A stretch of DNA of 64,000 bases. It comes from the human T2T-CHM13v2.0 reference genome, Homo sapiens. The stretch is from NCBI RefSeq assembly GCF_009914755.1, contig NC_060926.1, one strand, 5' to 3'. The notes below the pieces were generated by a model. That model made no database searches. It worked only from the letters and a program-made list of their open reading frames with translations, and had not been told where the DNA came from. Shown piece after piece: positions 43,591 through 62,948 of this stretch; the stretch's first letter is position 1; each line of letters begins with the position of its first letter. Made by a program: the position numbers and the translations under genes.

Positions 43591-44019
43591 GTCTCCGCAG
43601 GAAGCATGGTGCAGGTGGGATCTGGAGGTGACTCTGGGCTGCCAGAAGACGCCCCACTGCTTTGCGGCAGACACAGGTGGAGAGGTCCTCTCTGTAGCTT
43701 CAGCATGGACAGTGTGTGTGTCTTGCTGTGGGAACACTTCTTTCTGCTTCCCTCTCCACTGTGACCCCATCACACTCACTGACCTGCCCTCCTCCTTCCT
43801 CTCGCTCTCCGGGGCCCCTGTGGAAAGAGGGTCTTCCCTCCGTGCAGCAGGAACCCCCAGGACCATCCCCATGCTCCTGGGTTCTGAACTTCAGGGACAT
43901 ATGATCCTACCTGACCGGGCACAGGCTCTGTTCACCCTCAGGAACCCCTGTCCTCCCAGGCCACCGTGGACTGGAGAACTGGCCTCCTGAAAATCCAGAG
44001 AGAACTTAGCACTCACAAC

Positions 44020-44303
44020 TTCTTTCTTTTTTTCTTTTTTCTTTGAGACTGGATCTTGCTCTTTTCCCCAGGCTGGAGTGCAATGGCATGATCTCAGCTC
44101 ACTGCAACCTCCTCCTCCCAGGTTCAAGCAGTTCATCCTGCCTCTGTCTCCCGAGTATCTGGGATCACAGTCATCCACCCCCGCGGCCAACTAATTTCTG
44201 TATTTTTAGTAGAGACGGGGTTTCACCATGTTGGCCAGGCTGGTCTCGAACTCTTGACCTCAAGTGATCCACCCGCCTCGGCCTCCCAAAGTACTGGGAT
44301 GAC
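44020..44303 (-). mobile_element. AluS lacking its 5'-most ~25 nt
   Basis: Antisense Alu ending at 'cctcccaaagtactgggatgaca' and abutting an inverted repeat-unit fragment. Confidence 0.88.
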
Positions 44304-44809
44304 ATATATTAGCATGATGTATATTCTTCTATTCCTCCGGGGACTCACTGTCTTCTTGGGCAGTAAACCACTGTGCCCGGACTTCTCTGTCCACATCTGC
44401 ACACATCTAAACCTCTGTAGATTCTGAATTGTTTTTCCTTTTGCACAGAATGAGAGGAACTGAAGTCGGGAGGCCCAGCCCCAACACGGTCCCTGTGGCT
44501 CTGTGCTCAGGTGGTTTATGGCTGAGAAGGACTTGGGGGGTTGAGGGCTTCCTATCAGCCCAGGAGACATTACCTGGGTCTGGGAAGCCTGCTCTGCACT
44601 TGTGGGTCTCGAATTGTCTGTTGCATTTACCTGCCTCATTATTTTTTCTTCCTGTCTCTCTTCTTACATATTTCTTTCGAATTTGGAGCTTGTTTTTCTT
44701 AACTACAATCAACTTGAATCATTACTGCATATATAAATATAAATTTTATATTGAGTAGACATTATATACTCAATCTACTACACATTCCAACACGGGCCAT
44801 ATCTAAGAC

Positions 44810-45405
44810 GAATATTTATATTTAATGTTTAAAATATGTTTACATTTCATATAGAAAAATATATTTATATTTAATATATATGTGTATATTTAATACAGGA
44901 AATATATATTTATATTTAACATATAAAAATATATGTTTATATTTAATATGGGAAATATATGCTTTGTTTAATATACATAATACATGTTGATATTTAATAT
45001 AGAAAAGGTATAGTTATATTTACTATGCAAAATACATGTTTATATTTAATATAGAAAATATGTTTATATTTAATGTACAGGATACATATTTACATTTAAT
45101 ATAGAAAATACATATTTATATTTAACATACACAGTATTTATATTTAATGTATAAAATATGTTTACATTTAATGTGCTGAATATATGCTTATATTTAATGT
45201 CTAAAATGTCTATATTTAATGTACTGTATACATTAAATGTACCAAATGTATTCTTATATTTAATGTATAAAAGAAGTTTATATTTAACATATAAGATATG
45301 TTTACATTTAATGTATAAAATGTTTATGTTTGATGTATAAAAGATGTTTATATTTAACGTATACAATTTATATTTAATGTACCAAATATATTATTATATT
45401 TAATG
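44810..45405 (+). repeat. AT-rich ~30-bp degenerate minisatellite
   Basis: Repeated 'tttatatttaat(a/g)ta..aaaatatg' units. Confidence 0.85.
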
Positions 45406-48400
45406 TCCAAGCCAGCCAAGCCAGTCAGCCAAGCCAGCTAAGCCACCCACCCAGCCAAGCCAGCCAAGTGAGTCAGCTAGCCAGCCAGCCAAGCCAGCCA
45501 AACCAGCCAAGCCAGTCAGCCAGCCAAGCCAGCCAAGCCAGCCAGCCAGCCAAGCCAGCCAAGCCAGCCAAGCAAGCCAGCCAGCCAAGCCAGCCAGCCA
45601 GCCCAGGAGCCCCAGCCAGCCAGCCAACCCAAACAGCCAAGCCAGCCAAGCCAGCCAGCCAGCCAAGCCAGCCAAGGCAGCCAAGCCAGCCAAGCCAGCC
45701 AGGCAGCCAAGCAAACCAAGCCAGCCAGCCAGACAAGGCAGCCAAGCCAGCAGGCCAAGCGAGCCAAGCCAAGCCAGCCAAGCCAGCCAGTTAGCCAGCC
45801 AAGCCAGCCAAGCCAGCCAGCCAGCCAAGCCAGCCCAGCCAGCCAGCCAGCCAGCCGAGCCGGCCAAGCCAGACAGCGAGCCCAGCCAGCCCAGCCAGTC
45901 AGCCAGCCAAACCAGCCAGCCAGCCAAGCCAGCCAGCCACCCAGCCAAGCCAGCCACCCAGCAAAGCCAGCCAAGAGACCCAAGCCAGCCAGCAAAGCTG
46001 GCCAAACCAGCCAAGCCAGTCAGCCAAGCCAGCCAAGCCGGCCACCCAGCCAAGCCAGACAAGCCAGCCAACCAGCCAGACAGCCCAGCCAGACAGCCAG
46101 CCCAGGCAGCCAAGAGACCCAAGCCAGCCAGCGAAGCTGGCCAACCCAGCCAAGCCAGTCAGCCAAGTCAGCCAAGCCGGCCACCCAGCCAAGCCAGCCA
46201 AGCCAGCCAAGCCAGTCAGCCAGCCAGCCAGCCAAGCCAGCCAAGCCAGTCAGCCAGCCAGCCAGCCAAGCCAGCCAAGCCTCCCAGCCAGCCAAACCAG
46301 CCAAGCCACCCAGCCAGCCAAGCCAGCCAAGCCACCTAGCCAGCCAGGCCCGCCAGCCAGCCAGCCAGCGAGCCAAGCCAGCCAAGCCAGCCAGCCTGCC
46401 AAGCCAGCCGGCCAGCCAAGCTAGCCAATCCACTCAGCCACTCAAGCCAGCCAAGTCACCCGGCCATCCAAGCCAGCCAAGCCAGTCAGCCAGCCCAGAC
46501 AGCCAAGCCAGCCAAGCCAGCCAAGCCCGCCAACCAGCCAAGACAGGCATGCTAGCCAAGCCAGCCAGGCAGCGAAGCCAGCCAAGCCAGCCAGCAAGCA
46601 AAGCCAGGCATGTCAGCCAAGCCAGCCAGGCAGCCAAGCCAGCAAAGCCAGCCAAGCCAGCCAGCCAGCCAAGCCAGGCATGCCAGCCAAGCCATCCAGC
46701 CAGCTAAGCCAGCCGGCTAGCCAAGCCAGCCAAGCCACCCGGCCAGCCAAGCCAGCCAGCCAAGCCAGCCAAGCCTGCCAAGCCAGCCAACCAGCCAAGC
46801 CAGCCAGCTAGCCAAGCCACCCAGTCAGCCAGCTAGCCAAACCAGCCAAGCCACCCAGCCAGCCAAGCCACCCAGCCAGCCAAGCCAGCCAAGCCACCCG
46901 GCCATCCAAGCCAGCCAAGCCAGTCAGCCCAGACAGCCAAGCCAGCCAAGCCAGCCAAGCCCGCCAACCAGCCAAGACAGGCATGCTAGCCAAGCCAGCC
47001 AGGCAGCGAAGCCAGCCAAGCCAGCCAGCAAGGAAAGCCAGGCATGTCAGCCAAGCCAGCCAGGCAGCCAAGCCAGCCAAGCCAGCCAAGCCAGCCAGCC
47101 AGCCAAGCCAGGCATGCCAGCCAAGCCATCCAGCCAGCTAAGCCAGCCGGCTAGCCAAGCCAGCCAAGCCACCCGGCCAGCCAAGCCAGCCAGCCAAGCC
47201 TGCCAAGCCAGCCAACCAGCCAAGCCAGCCAGCTAGCCAAGCCACCCAGTCAGCCAGCTAGCCAAACCAGCCAAGCCACCCAGCCAGCCAAGCCACCCAG
47301 CCAGCCAAGCCAGCCAAGCCACCCGGCCATCCAAGCCAGCCAAGCCAGTCAGCCAGCCCAGACAGCCAAGCCAGCCAAGCCAGCCAAGCCCGCCAACCAG
47401 CCAAGACAGGCATGCTAGCCAAGCCAGCCGGGCAGCCAAGCCAGCCAGGCAGCGAAGCCAGCCAAGCCAGCCAGCAAGCAAAGCCAGGCATGCCAGCCAA
47501 GCCAGCCAACCAGCCAAGCCAGCCAGCTAGCCAAGCCACCCAGCCAGCCAGCCAGCCAAACCAGCCAAGCCACCCAGCCAGCCAAGCCACCCAGCCAGCC
47601 AAGCCAGCCAAGCCAATCAGCCAGCCAGGCAGCCAGCCACCCAGCCAGCCAAGCCAGCCAAGCCAGCCAAGCCAATCAGCCAGCCAGGCAGCCAGCCACC
47701 CAGCCAGCCAAGCCAGCCAAGCCAGCCAAGCCAATCAGCCAGCCAGGCAGCCAGCCACCCAGCCAGCCAAGCCAGCCAAGCCACCTAGCCAGCCAGGCCC
47801 GCCAGCCAGCCAGCCAGGCAGCCAAGCCAGCCAAGCCAGTGAAGCCCGCCAGCCAGCCAAGACAGGCATGCCAGCCAAGCCAGCCAGGCAGCCAAGCCAG
47901 CCAAGCCAGCCAGCCAGCCAAGCCAGGCATGCCAGCCAAGCCATCCAGCCAGCTAAGCCAGCCGGCTAGCCAAGCCAGCCAAGCCACCCGGCCAGCCAAG
48001 CCAGCCAGCCAAGCCAGCCAAGCCAGCCAACCAGCCAAGCCAGCCAGCTAGCCAAGCCACCCAGCCAGCCAGCCAGCCAAACCAGCCAAGCCACCCAGCC
48101 AGCCAAGCCACCCAGCCAGCCAAGCCAGCCAAGCCAATCAGCCAGCCAGGCAGCCAGCCACCCAAGCCAGCCAAGCCAGCCAAGCCAGCCAAGCCACCTA
48201 GCCAGCCAGGCCCGCCAGCCAGCCAGCCAGGCAGCCAAGCCAGCCAAGCCAGTCAAGCCCGCCAGCCAGCCAAGACAGGCATGCCAGCCAAGCCAGCCAG
48301 GCAGCCAAGCCAGCCAAGCCAGCCAGCCAGCCAAGCCAGGCATGCCAGCCAAGCCATCCAGCTAGCTAAGCCCGCTGGCTAGCCAAGCCAGCCAAGCCAC

Positions 48401-49227
48401 CCGGCCGGCCAAGCCAGCCAAGCCAGCCAACCAGCCAAGCCAGCCAGCTAGCCAAGCCACCCAGCCAGCCAGCCAGCCAAACCAGCCAAGCCACCCAGCC
48501 AGCCAAGCCACCCAGCCAGCCAAGCCAGCCAAGACAGCCAGGCAGCCAGCCACCCAAGCCAGCCAAGCCAGCCAAGCCGGCCAAACCAGCCAACCAGCCA
48601 AGCCAGCCAGCCATCCAAGCCAGCCAAGACAGCCAGCCAGCCAAGCCAGTCAAGCCAGCCATACAGCCAAGCCAGCCAAGCCAGGCAAGCCACCCAGCCA
48701 GCCAAGCCATCTAGCCATCAAGCCAGTCAGGCCAGCCAGCCAGCCTGCCAAGCCGGCCACTCACCAAGCCAGCCAGCCATCCACGCCAGCCAAGCCAGTT
48801 AGCCAGCCAGCCAAGCCACCCAGCCAGCCAAGCCAGCCAAGCCACACAGCCAGCCAAGCCACCCAGCCAGCCAAGACAGCCAAGCCACACAGCCAGCCAA
48901 GCCATCCAGCCAGCCAAGACAGCCAAGCCAGCCAAGCCATCCAGCCAGCCACGCAAGCCAAGCCAGCCAGCCAGCCAAGCAATCCATGCCAGCCAAGCCA
49001 TCCAGCCAGCCAAGCGAGGTGTCCGGCCAAGCCACCCCACCAGCCAAGCCAGCCAGCCAGCCAGCCAGCCAGCCAAGCCACCCAGCCAACTAAGCCAGCC
49101 AAACCACCCAGCCAGGCATGCCAGCCAAGCCACCCAGCCAGCCAAGCCTGTCAGCCAGCGAACCAGCCAAGCCAGCCATGCCAGCCAGCCAGCCAAGCCA
49201 TACAAGCCAGCCAGCCAGCCATGCCAG
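45406..49227 (+). repeat. (AGCC/AAGCC)n satellite, left block
   Basis: Continuous agcc/aagcc units with very few T. Marker 'agacaggcatg' occurs at 46541, 46975, 47404, 47860 and 48273. Confidence 0.95.
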
Positions 49228-55346
<6,119 letters not shown>

Positions 55347-58300
55347 ACCAAGCCAGCCAAGCCAACCAGCCAAGCCAGTCAAGCGACCCAGCCAGCCAGC
55401 CAGCCAGCTAAGCCACCCAACCAGCCAGCCTGCCAAGCCAGCCAAGCCAGCCAGCCAGCCAGCCGGCCAAGCCAGCCAAGCCAGCCAAGCCAGCTAGCCA
55501 GCCAAGTCAGCCAAGCCAGCTAGCCAGCCAAGTCAGCCAAGCCAGATAGCCAGCTAGCCAGCCAAGTCAGCCAAGCCAGCTAGCCAGCCAAGCCAGCAAA
55601 GCCAGCCAGCCAGCCAGCCAGCAAAGCCACTCAGCCAGCCAGGCAACCAAGCCAGCCAAGACAGCCAGCCAGCCAGCCAGCCAACCAGCCAGCGAGCCAA
55701 GCCAGCCAGCCAGCAAGCAAAGCCAGCCAGCCAGCCAGCAAGCCAAGCCAGCCAGCCAGCCAGCAAGCCAAGCCGGCCAAGCCGGCCAAGCCAGCCAGTG
55801 AAGCCGGCCAAGCCAGCCAGCCAGCCAGCCGGCAAAGCCACCCAGCCAGCCAGCCAAGCCAGCGAAGCCAGCCAGCCAGCCAAGCCAGCCAAGCCAGTCA
55901 GCCAGCCCAGCCAGCCCAGCCAGCCAGCCAACCCAGCCACCGCAGCCAGCCCAGCCAGCCACACAAGCCAGCGAAGTCAGCCAGCCAGCCAAGCCAGCCA
56001 AGCCAGCCCGCCAAGGCAGCCATGCCAGCCAGCCAGCCAAGCCAGCCAAGCCAGCCAAGCCAGCCAGCCACCCAGCCAGCCAAGCCAGGCAGCCACCCAG
56101 CAAGCCAGGCCAGCCTGCCACCCAGCCAGCCAAGCCAGACAAGCCAGCCAAGCCAGCCAGCCACGCAGCCAGCCAGGACATCCAGCCACCCAGCCAGCCA
56201 AGCCATGCAAGCCAACAAGCCAGCCCAGACAGCCAAGCCAGCCAAGCAAGCCAGCAAGCCAGCCAGCCAAGCCAGCCAGCCAAACCAGCCAAGCCACCCA
56301 GCCAGCCAAGCCACCCAAGACAGCCAGCCAGCCAGCCAGCCAAGCCAGCCAACTAGCCAAGCCAGCCAAGCAAGCCACCAGCCAAGCCAGCCAAGCCTGC
56401 CAGCCAGCAGAGCCAGCCAACCAGCCAAGCCAGCCAGCCAGCCACTTAAGCCATCCAAGCAACCCAGCCAGCCAAGCCAGCCAAGCCACCGACCCAGCCA
56501 AGCCAGCCAAGCCACCCAGCCAGCCAAGCCAGCCAAGCCAGCCAAACCAGCCTGCCAGCCAAGCCAGCCAAGCCATCCAGCCAGCCAAGCCAGCCGGCCA
56601 GCCAAGCTAGCCAATCCACTCACCCACTCAAACTAGCCAAGTCACCCGGCCAGCCAAGCCTGCCAAGCCAGCTAGCCAGCCCAGACAGCCAAGCCAGCCA
56701 GCCAGCCAAGCCAGCCAAGCCAGCCAGCCAGCCAATCTAGCCAAGCCAGCCAAGCCAGCCAAGCCAGCCAGCCAGCCAAGCCAGCCAAGCCAGCCAGCCA
56801 GCCAAGCCAGCCGGCCAGCCAAGCTAGCCAATCCACTAAGCCACTCAAACCAGCCAAGTCACCCGGCCAGCCAAGCCAGCCAAGCCAGCCAGCCAGCAAA
56901 GCCAGCCCAGCCAGCCAGCCAGCCAGCCAGCCGAGCCGGCCAAGCCAGACAGCGAGCCCAGCCAGCCCAGCCAGTCAGCCAGCCAAACCAGCCAGCCAGC
57001 CAAGCCAGCCAGCCACCCAGCCAAGCCAGCCACCCAGCAAAGCCAGCCAAGAGACCCAAGCCAGCCAGCAAAGCTGGCCAAACCAGCCAAGCCAGTCAGC
57101 CAAGCCAGCCAAGCTGGCCACCCAGCCAAGCCAGACAAGCCAGCCAACCAGCCAGACAGCCCAGCCAGACAGCCAGCCCAGGCAGCCAAGAGACCCAAGC
57201 CAGCCAGCGAAGCTGGCCAACCCAGCCAAGCCAGTCAGCCAAACCAGCCAAGCCGGCCACCCAGCCAAGCCAGCCAAGCCAGCGAACCAGCCAGACAGCC
57301 CTGCCAGACAGCCAGCCCAGGCAGCCAAACCAGACAAGCCAGCCAGCCAAGCCAGCCAAGCCAGCCAGCCAGCCAAGACAGCCAAGCCAGTCAAGCCAGG
57401 CAAGCCAGCGAGCCAGCCAAGCCAGCCAACCCAGCCAGCCAAGCCAGCCAAGACAGCCAGCCAGCCAAGCCGGCCAAGCCAGCCAACCCAGCCAGCCAAG
57501 CCAGCCAAGACAGCCAGCCAGCCAAGCCGGCCAAGCCAGCCAGCCAAGCAAGCCATGGAAGCCAGACAGCCAGCCAGCCAAGCTAGCCAACCCAGCCACC
57601 CAAGCTAGCCAACCCAGCCAGCCAAGCCAGCCAAGCCAGCCAAGCCAGTCAGCCAGAAAAGCCAGCCAAGCCTGCCAGCCAGTCAAGCCAGCCAAGCCAG
57701 CCAGCCAGCCAAGCCAGCGAAGACACCCAGCCAGCCAAGCAAGCCAAGCCACCCAGCCAGCCAAGCCTGCCAAGAGACCCAGCAACCCAAGCCAGCCAAG
57801 ACACCCAGCCAGCCAAGCTAGCCAAGACACCCAGCCAGCGAAGCCAGCCAGCCAGCCAGCCAAGCCTGCCAAGCCACCCAGCCAGCCAAGCCAGGCAAAC
57901 AACCCAGCCAGCCAAGCCAGTCAAGCCACCCAGCCAGCCAAGCCAGCCAAGCCACCCAGCCAGCCAAGCCGGCCAAGCCACTCAGCCAGCCAAGCCAGCC
58001 AGCCAGCCAAGCCGGCCAAGCCACTCAGCCAGCCAAGATGGCCAAGCCACCCAGTCAAGCCAGCTAAGCCAGCCAGGCAGCCAAGCCAGCCAAGCCAGCC
58101 AAGACCTCCAGCCAGCCAAGAAAGGCATGCCAGCCAAGCCAGCCAGGGAGCCAAGCCAGCCAGCAAGCAAAGCCAGGCATGCCAGCCAAGCCAGCCAGGC
58201 AGCCAAGCCAGCCAAGCCAGCCAGCCAGCCAAGCCAGGCATGCCAGCCAAGCCATCCAGCCAGCTAAGCCAGCCAGCAAGCAAAGCCAGGCATGCCAGCC

Positions 58301-61300
58301 AAGCCAGCCAGCCAGCCAAGCCAGCCAAGCCAGCCAGCCAGCCAAGCCAGCCAAGCAAGCCAGCAAGCCAGCCAGCCAAGCCAGCCAGCCAAACCAGCCA
58401 AGCCACCCAGCCAGCCAAGCCACCCAAGACACCCAGCCAGCCAGCCAGCCAAGCCAGCCAAGCCACCCAGCCAGCCAAGCCAGCCAAGCAAGCCAGCCAA
58501 GCCAGCCAAGCCAGGAGCCAGCCAAGCCAGCCAAGCCAGCCAGCCAGCCAAGCCAGCCAAGCCAGCCAGCCAGCCAGCCACCCAGCCACCCAGCCAGCCA
58601 AGCCAGCCAGCCACCCAGCCGGCCAGGCCAGCCTGCCACCCAGCCAGCCAAGCCAGACAAGCCAGCCAAGCCAGCCAGCCAGCCAAGCCAGCCAAGCCTC
58701 CCAGCCAGCCAAGCCAGCCAAGCCACCCAGCCAGCCAAGCCAGCCAAGCCACCTAGCCAGCCAGGCCCACCAGCCAGCCAGCCAGGCAGCCAAGCCAGCC
58801 AAGCCAGTCAAGCCCGCCAGCCAGCCAAGACAGGCATGCCAGCCAAGCCAGCCAGGCAGCCAAGCCAGCCAAGCCAGCCAGGCCCGCCAGCCAGCCAAGC
58901 CAGGCATGCCAGCCAAGCCAGCCAGGCAGCCAAGCCAGCAAAACCAGCCAGCCAGCCAAGCCAGGCATGCCAGCCAAGCCATCCAGCCAGCTAAGCCAGC
59001 CGGCTAGCCAAGCCAGACAAGCCACCCGGCCATCCAAGCCAGCCAGCCAAGCCAGCCAAGCCAGCCAACCAGCAAAGCCAGTCAGCTAGCCAAGCCAGCC
59101 AACCAGCCAGCCAGCTAAGCTGGCCAGCCTGCCAGCCAACCAAGCCGGCCAGACAGCCAAGGCAGCCAAGCCGGCCAGGCAGCCAAGCCAGCCAAGCCAC
59201 CGACCCAGCCAAGCCAGCCAAGCCACCCAGCCAGCCCAGACAGCCAAGCCAGGCAGCCAGCCAAGCCAGCCAGCCAGCAAAGCCAGGCAGCCAGCCAAGC
59301 CAGTCAAGCCAGACAGCCAGCCAAGCCAGCCAGCCAGCCAAGCGAGCCAAGCCAGCCAGCCAGCCAGGCCAGCCAGCCACCCAGCCAGCCACCCAGCCAG
59401 CCAGGCCAGCCAGCCACCCAGTCAGCCAAGCCATCCAAGCCAGCCGGCCAGCACAGACAGCCAAGCCAGCCACCCAGTCAGCCAAGCCATCCAAGAGAGC
59501 CAGCCAGCCCAGACAGCCAAGCCAGCCAGCCAGCCAAGCCAGCCAAGCAAGCCAGCAAGCCAGCCAGCCAAGCCAGCCAGCCAAACCAGCCAAGCCACCC
59601 AGCCAGCCAAGCCACCCAAGACACCCAGCCAGCCAGCCAGCCAAGCCAGCCAAGCCACCCAGCCAGCCAAGCCAGCCAAGCAAGCCAGCCAAGCCAGCCA
59701 AGCCAGCCAAGCCAGGAGCCAGCCAAGCCAGCCAAGCCAGCCAAGCCTGCCAAGCCTGCCAAGCCAGCCAGCCAGCCAAGCCTGCAAAGCCAGCCAGCCA
59801 GCAAAGCCAGCCAAGTCAGCCTGCCAAGCCAGCCAAGACAACCAGCAAGCCAAGCCAGCCAAGCCAGCCAAGGCAGCCAAGCCAGTCAGCCAGCCAAGCT
59901 AGCCAAGCCAGGCAGCCATCCAAGCCAGCCAGCCATCCAAGCCAATGAAGCCAGCCAGCCAGCCAAGACACACAAGCCAGCCAACTCAGCCAGCTAGCCA
60001 AGCAAGCCAAGCCAGCCAGCCAGTCAAGCCAGCCAAGCCAGCCAGCCAACCAGGCCAGCTAAACCAGCCAGCCTGCCAAGCCAGCCAAGCCAGCCAGCCA
60101 GCCAGGCCAGCCAGCCAAACAAGGCACCGCAGCCAGCCCAGCCAGCCACACAAGCCAGCCAAGTCAGCCAGCCAGCCAAGCCAGCCAAGCCAGCCAAGCC
60201 AGCCAGCCAGCCAAGCCAGCCAAGCCAGTCAAGCCAGTCAGCCAGCCAAGCCAGCCAAGCCAGCCAAGCCAGTCAAGCCAGTCAGCCAGCCAAGCCAGCC
60301 AAGCCAGCCAGCCAGCCCAGACAGCCAAGCCAGCCAAGCAAGCCAGCAAGCCAGCCAGCCAAGCCAGCCAGCCAAACCAGCCAAGCCACCCAGCCAGCCA
60401 AGCCACCCAAGACACCCAGCCAGCCAGCCAGCCAAGCCAGCCAAGCCACCCAGCCAGCCAAGCCAGCCAAGCAAGCCAGCCAAGCCAGCCAAGCCAGGAG
60501 CCAGCCCAGCCAGCCAAGCCAGCCAGCCACCCAGCCACCCAAGACAGCTAAACCAGCCAGCCTGCCAAGCCAGCCAAGCCAGCCAGCCAGCCAGGCCAGC
60601 CAAGCCAGCCAAGCCATTCAAGCCAGCCAGCCAGCCCAGCCAGCCAAGCCAGCCAGCCAGCCCAGCCAGCCCAGCCAGCCAGCCAACCCAGCCACCGCAG
60701 CCAGCCCAGCCAGCCACACAAGCCAGCCAAGTCAGCCAGCCAGCCAAGCCAGCCAAGCCAGCCCGCCAAGGCAGCCATGCCAGCCAGCCAGCCAAACCAG
60801 CCAAGCCACCCAGCCAGCCAAGCCACCCAAGACAGCCAGCCAGCCAGCCAAGCCAGCCAACTAGCCAAGCCAGCCAAGCAAGCCACCAGCCAAGCCAGCC
60901 AAGCCTGCCAGCCAGCAGAGCCAGCCAACCAGCCAAGCCAGCCAGCCAGCCAAGCCAGCCAAGCCAGCCAGCCAGCCACTTAAGCCATCCAAGCAACCCA
61001 GCCAGCCAAGCCAGCCAAGCCACCGACCCAGCCAAGTCAGCCAAGCCACCCAGCCAGCTAAGCCAGCCAAGCCAGCCAAAGCAGCCTGCCAGCCAAGCCA
61101 GCCAAGCCATCCAGCCAGCCAAGCCAGCCAGCCAGCCAAGCTAGCCAATCCACTCACCCACTCAAACTAGCCAAGTCACCCGGCCAGCCAAGCCTGCCAA
61201 GCCAGCTAGCCAGCCCAGACAGCCAAGCCAGCCAGCCAGCCAAGCCAGCCAAGCCAGCCAGCCAGCCAAGCCAGCCGGCCAGCCAAGCTAGCCAATCCAC

Positions 61301-62915
61301 TAAGCCACTCAAACCAGCCAAGTCACCCGGCCAGCCAAGCCAGCCAAGCCAGCCAGCCAGCAAAGCCAGCCCAGCCAGCCAGCCAGCCAGCCAGCCGAGC
61401 CGGCCAAGCCAGACAGCGAGCCCAGCCAGCCCAGCCAGTCAGCCAGCCAAACCAGCCAGCCAGCCAAGCCAGCCAGCCACCCAGCCAAGCCAGCCACCCA
61501 GCAAAGCCAGCCAAGAGACCCAAGCCAGCCAGCAAAGCTGGCCAAACCAGCCAAGCCAGTCAGCCAAGCCAGCCAAGCCGGCCACCCAGCCAAGCCAGCC
61601 AAGCCAGCCAACCAGCCAGACAGCCCAGCCAGACAGCCAGCCCAGGCAGCCAAGAGACCCAAGCCAGCCAGCGAAGCTGGCCAACCCAGCCAAGCCAGTC
61701 AGCCAAGCCAGCCAAGCCGGCCACCCAGCCAAGCCAGCCAAGCCAGCCAACCAGCCAGACAGCCCTGCCAGACAGCCAGCCCAGGCAGCCAAAACAGACA
61801 AGCCAGCCAGCCAAGCCAGCCAAGCCAGCCAGCCAGCCAAGACAGCCAAGCCAGTCAAGCCAGGCAAGCCAGCGAGCCAGCCAAGCCAGCCAACCCAGCC
61901 AGCCAAGCCAGCCAAGACAGCCAGCCAGCCAAGCCGGCCAAGCCAGCCAGCCAAGCAAGCCATGGAAGCCAGACAGCCAGCCAGCCAAGCCAGCCAACCC
62001 AGCCAGCCAAGCCAGCCAAGCCAGCCAAGCCAGTCAGCCAGAAAAGCCAGCCAAGCCTGCCAGCCAGTCAAGCCAGCCAAGCCTGCCAGCCAGCCAAGCC
62101 AACGAAGACACCCAGCCAGCCAAGCAAGCCAAGCCACCCAGCCAGCCAAGCCTGCCAAGAGACCCAGCAACCCAAGCCAGCCAAGACACCCAGCCAGCCA
62201 AGCTAGCCAAGACACCCAGCCAGCGAAGCCAGCCAGCCAGCCAGCCAAGCCTGCCAAGCCACCCAGCCAGCCAAGCCAGGCAAACAACCCAGCCAGCCAA
62301 GCCAGTCAAGCCACCCAGCCAGCCAAGCCGGCCAAGCCACCCAGCCAGCCAAGCCGGCCAAGCCACTCAGCCAGCCAAGCCAGCCAGCCAGCCAAGCCGG
62401 CCAAGCCACTCAGCCAGCCAAGATGGCCAAGCCACCCAGTCAAGCCAGCTAAGCCAGCCAGGCAGCCAAGCCAGCCAAGCCAGCCAAGACCTCCAGCCAG
62501 CCAAGAAAGGCATGCCAGCCAAGCCAGCCAGGGAGCCAAGCCAGCCAGCAAGCAAAGCCAGGCATGCCAGCCAAGCCAGCCTGCCAGCCAAGCCGGCCAA
62601 GCCAGCCAGCCAGCCAAGCCAGCCAAGCCAGCCAGCCAGCCAAGCCAGCCAAGCAAGCCAGCAAGCCAGCCAGCCAAGCCAGCCAGCCAAACCAGCCAAG
62701 CCAGCCAGCCAGCCAAGCCACCCAAGACACCCAGCCAGCCAGCCAGCCAAGCCAGCCAAGCCACCCAGCCAGCCAAGCCAGCCAAGCAAGCCAGGCAAGC
62801 CAGCCAAGCCAGCCAGCCAGCCAGCCACCCAGCCACCCAGCCAGCCAAGCCAGCCAGCCACCCAGCCGGCCAGGCCAGCCTGCCACCCAGCCAGCCAAGC
62901 CAGACAAGCCAGCCA

Positions 62916-62948
<33 letters not shown>
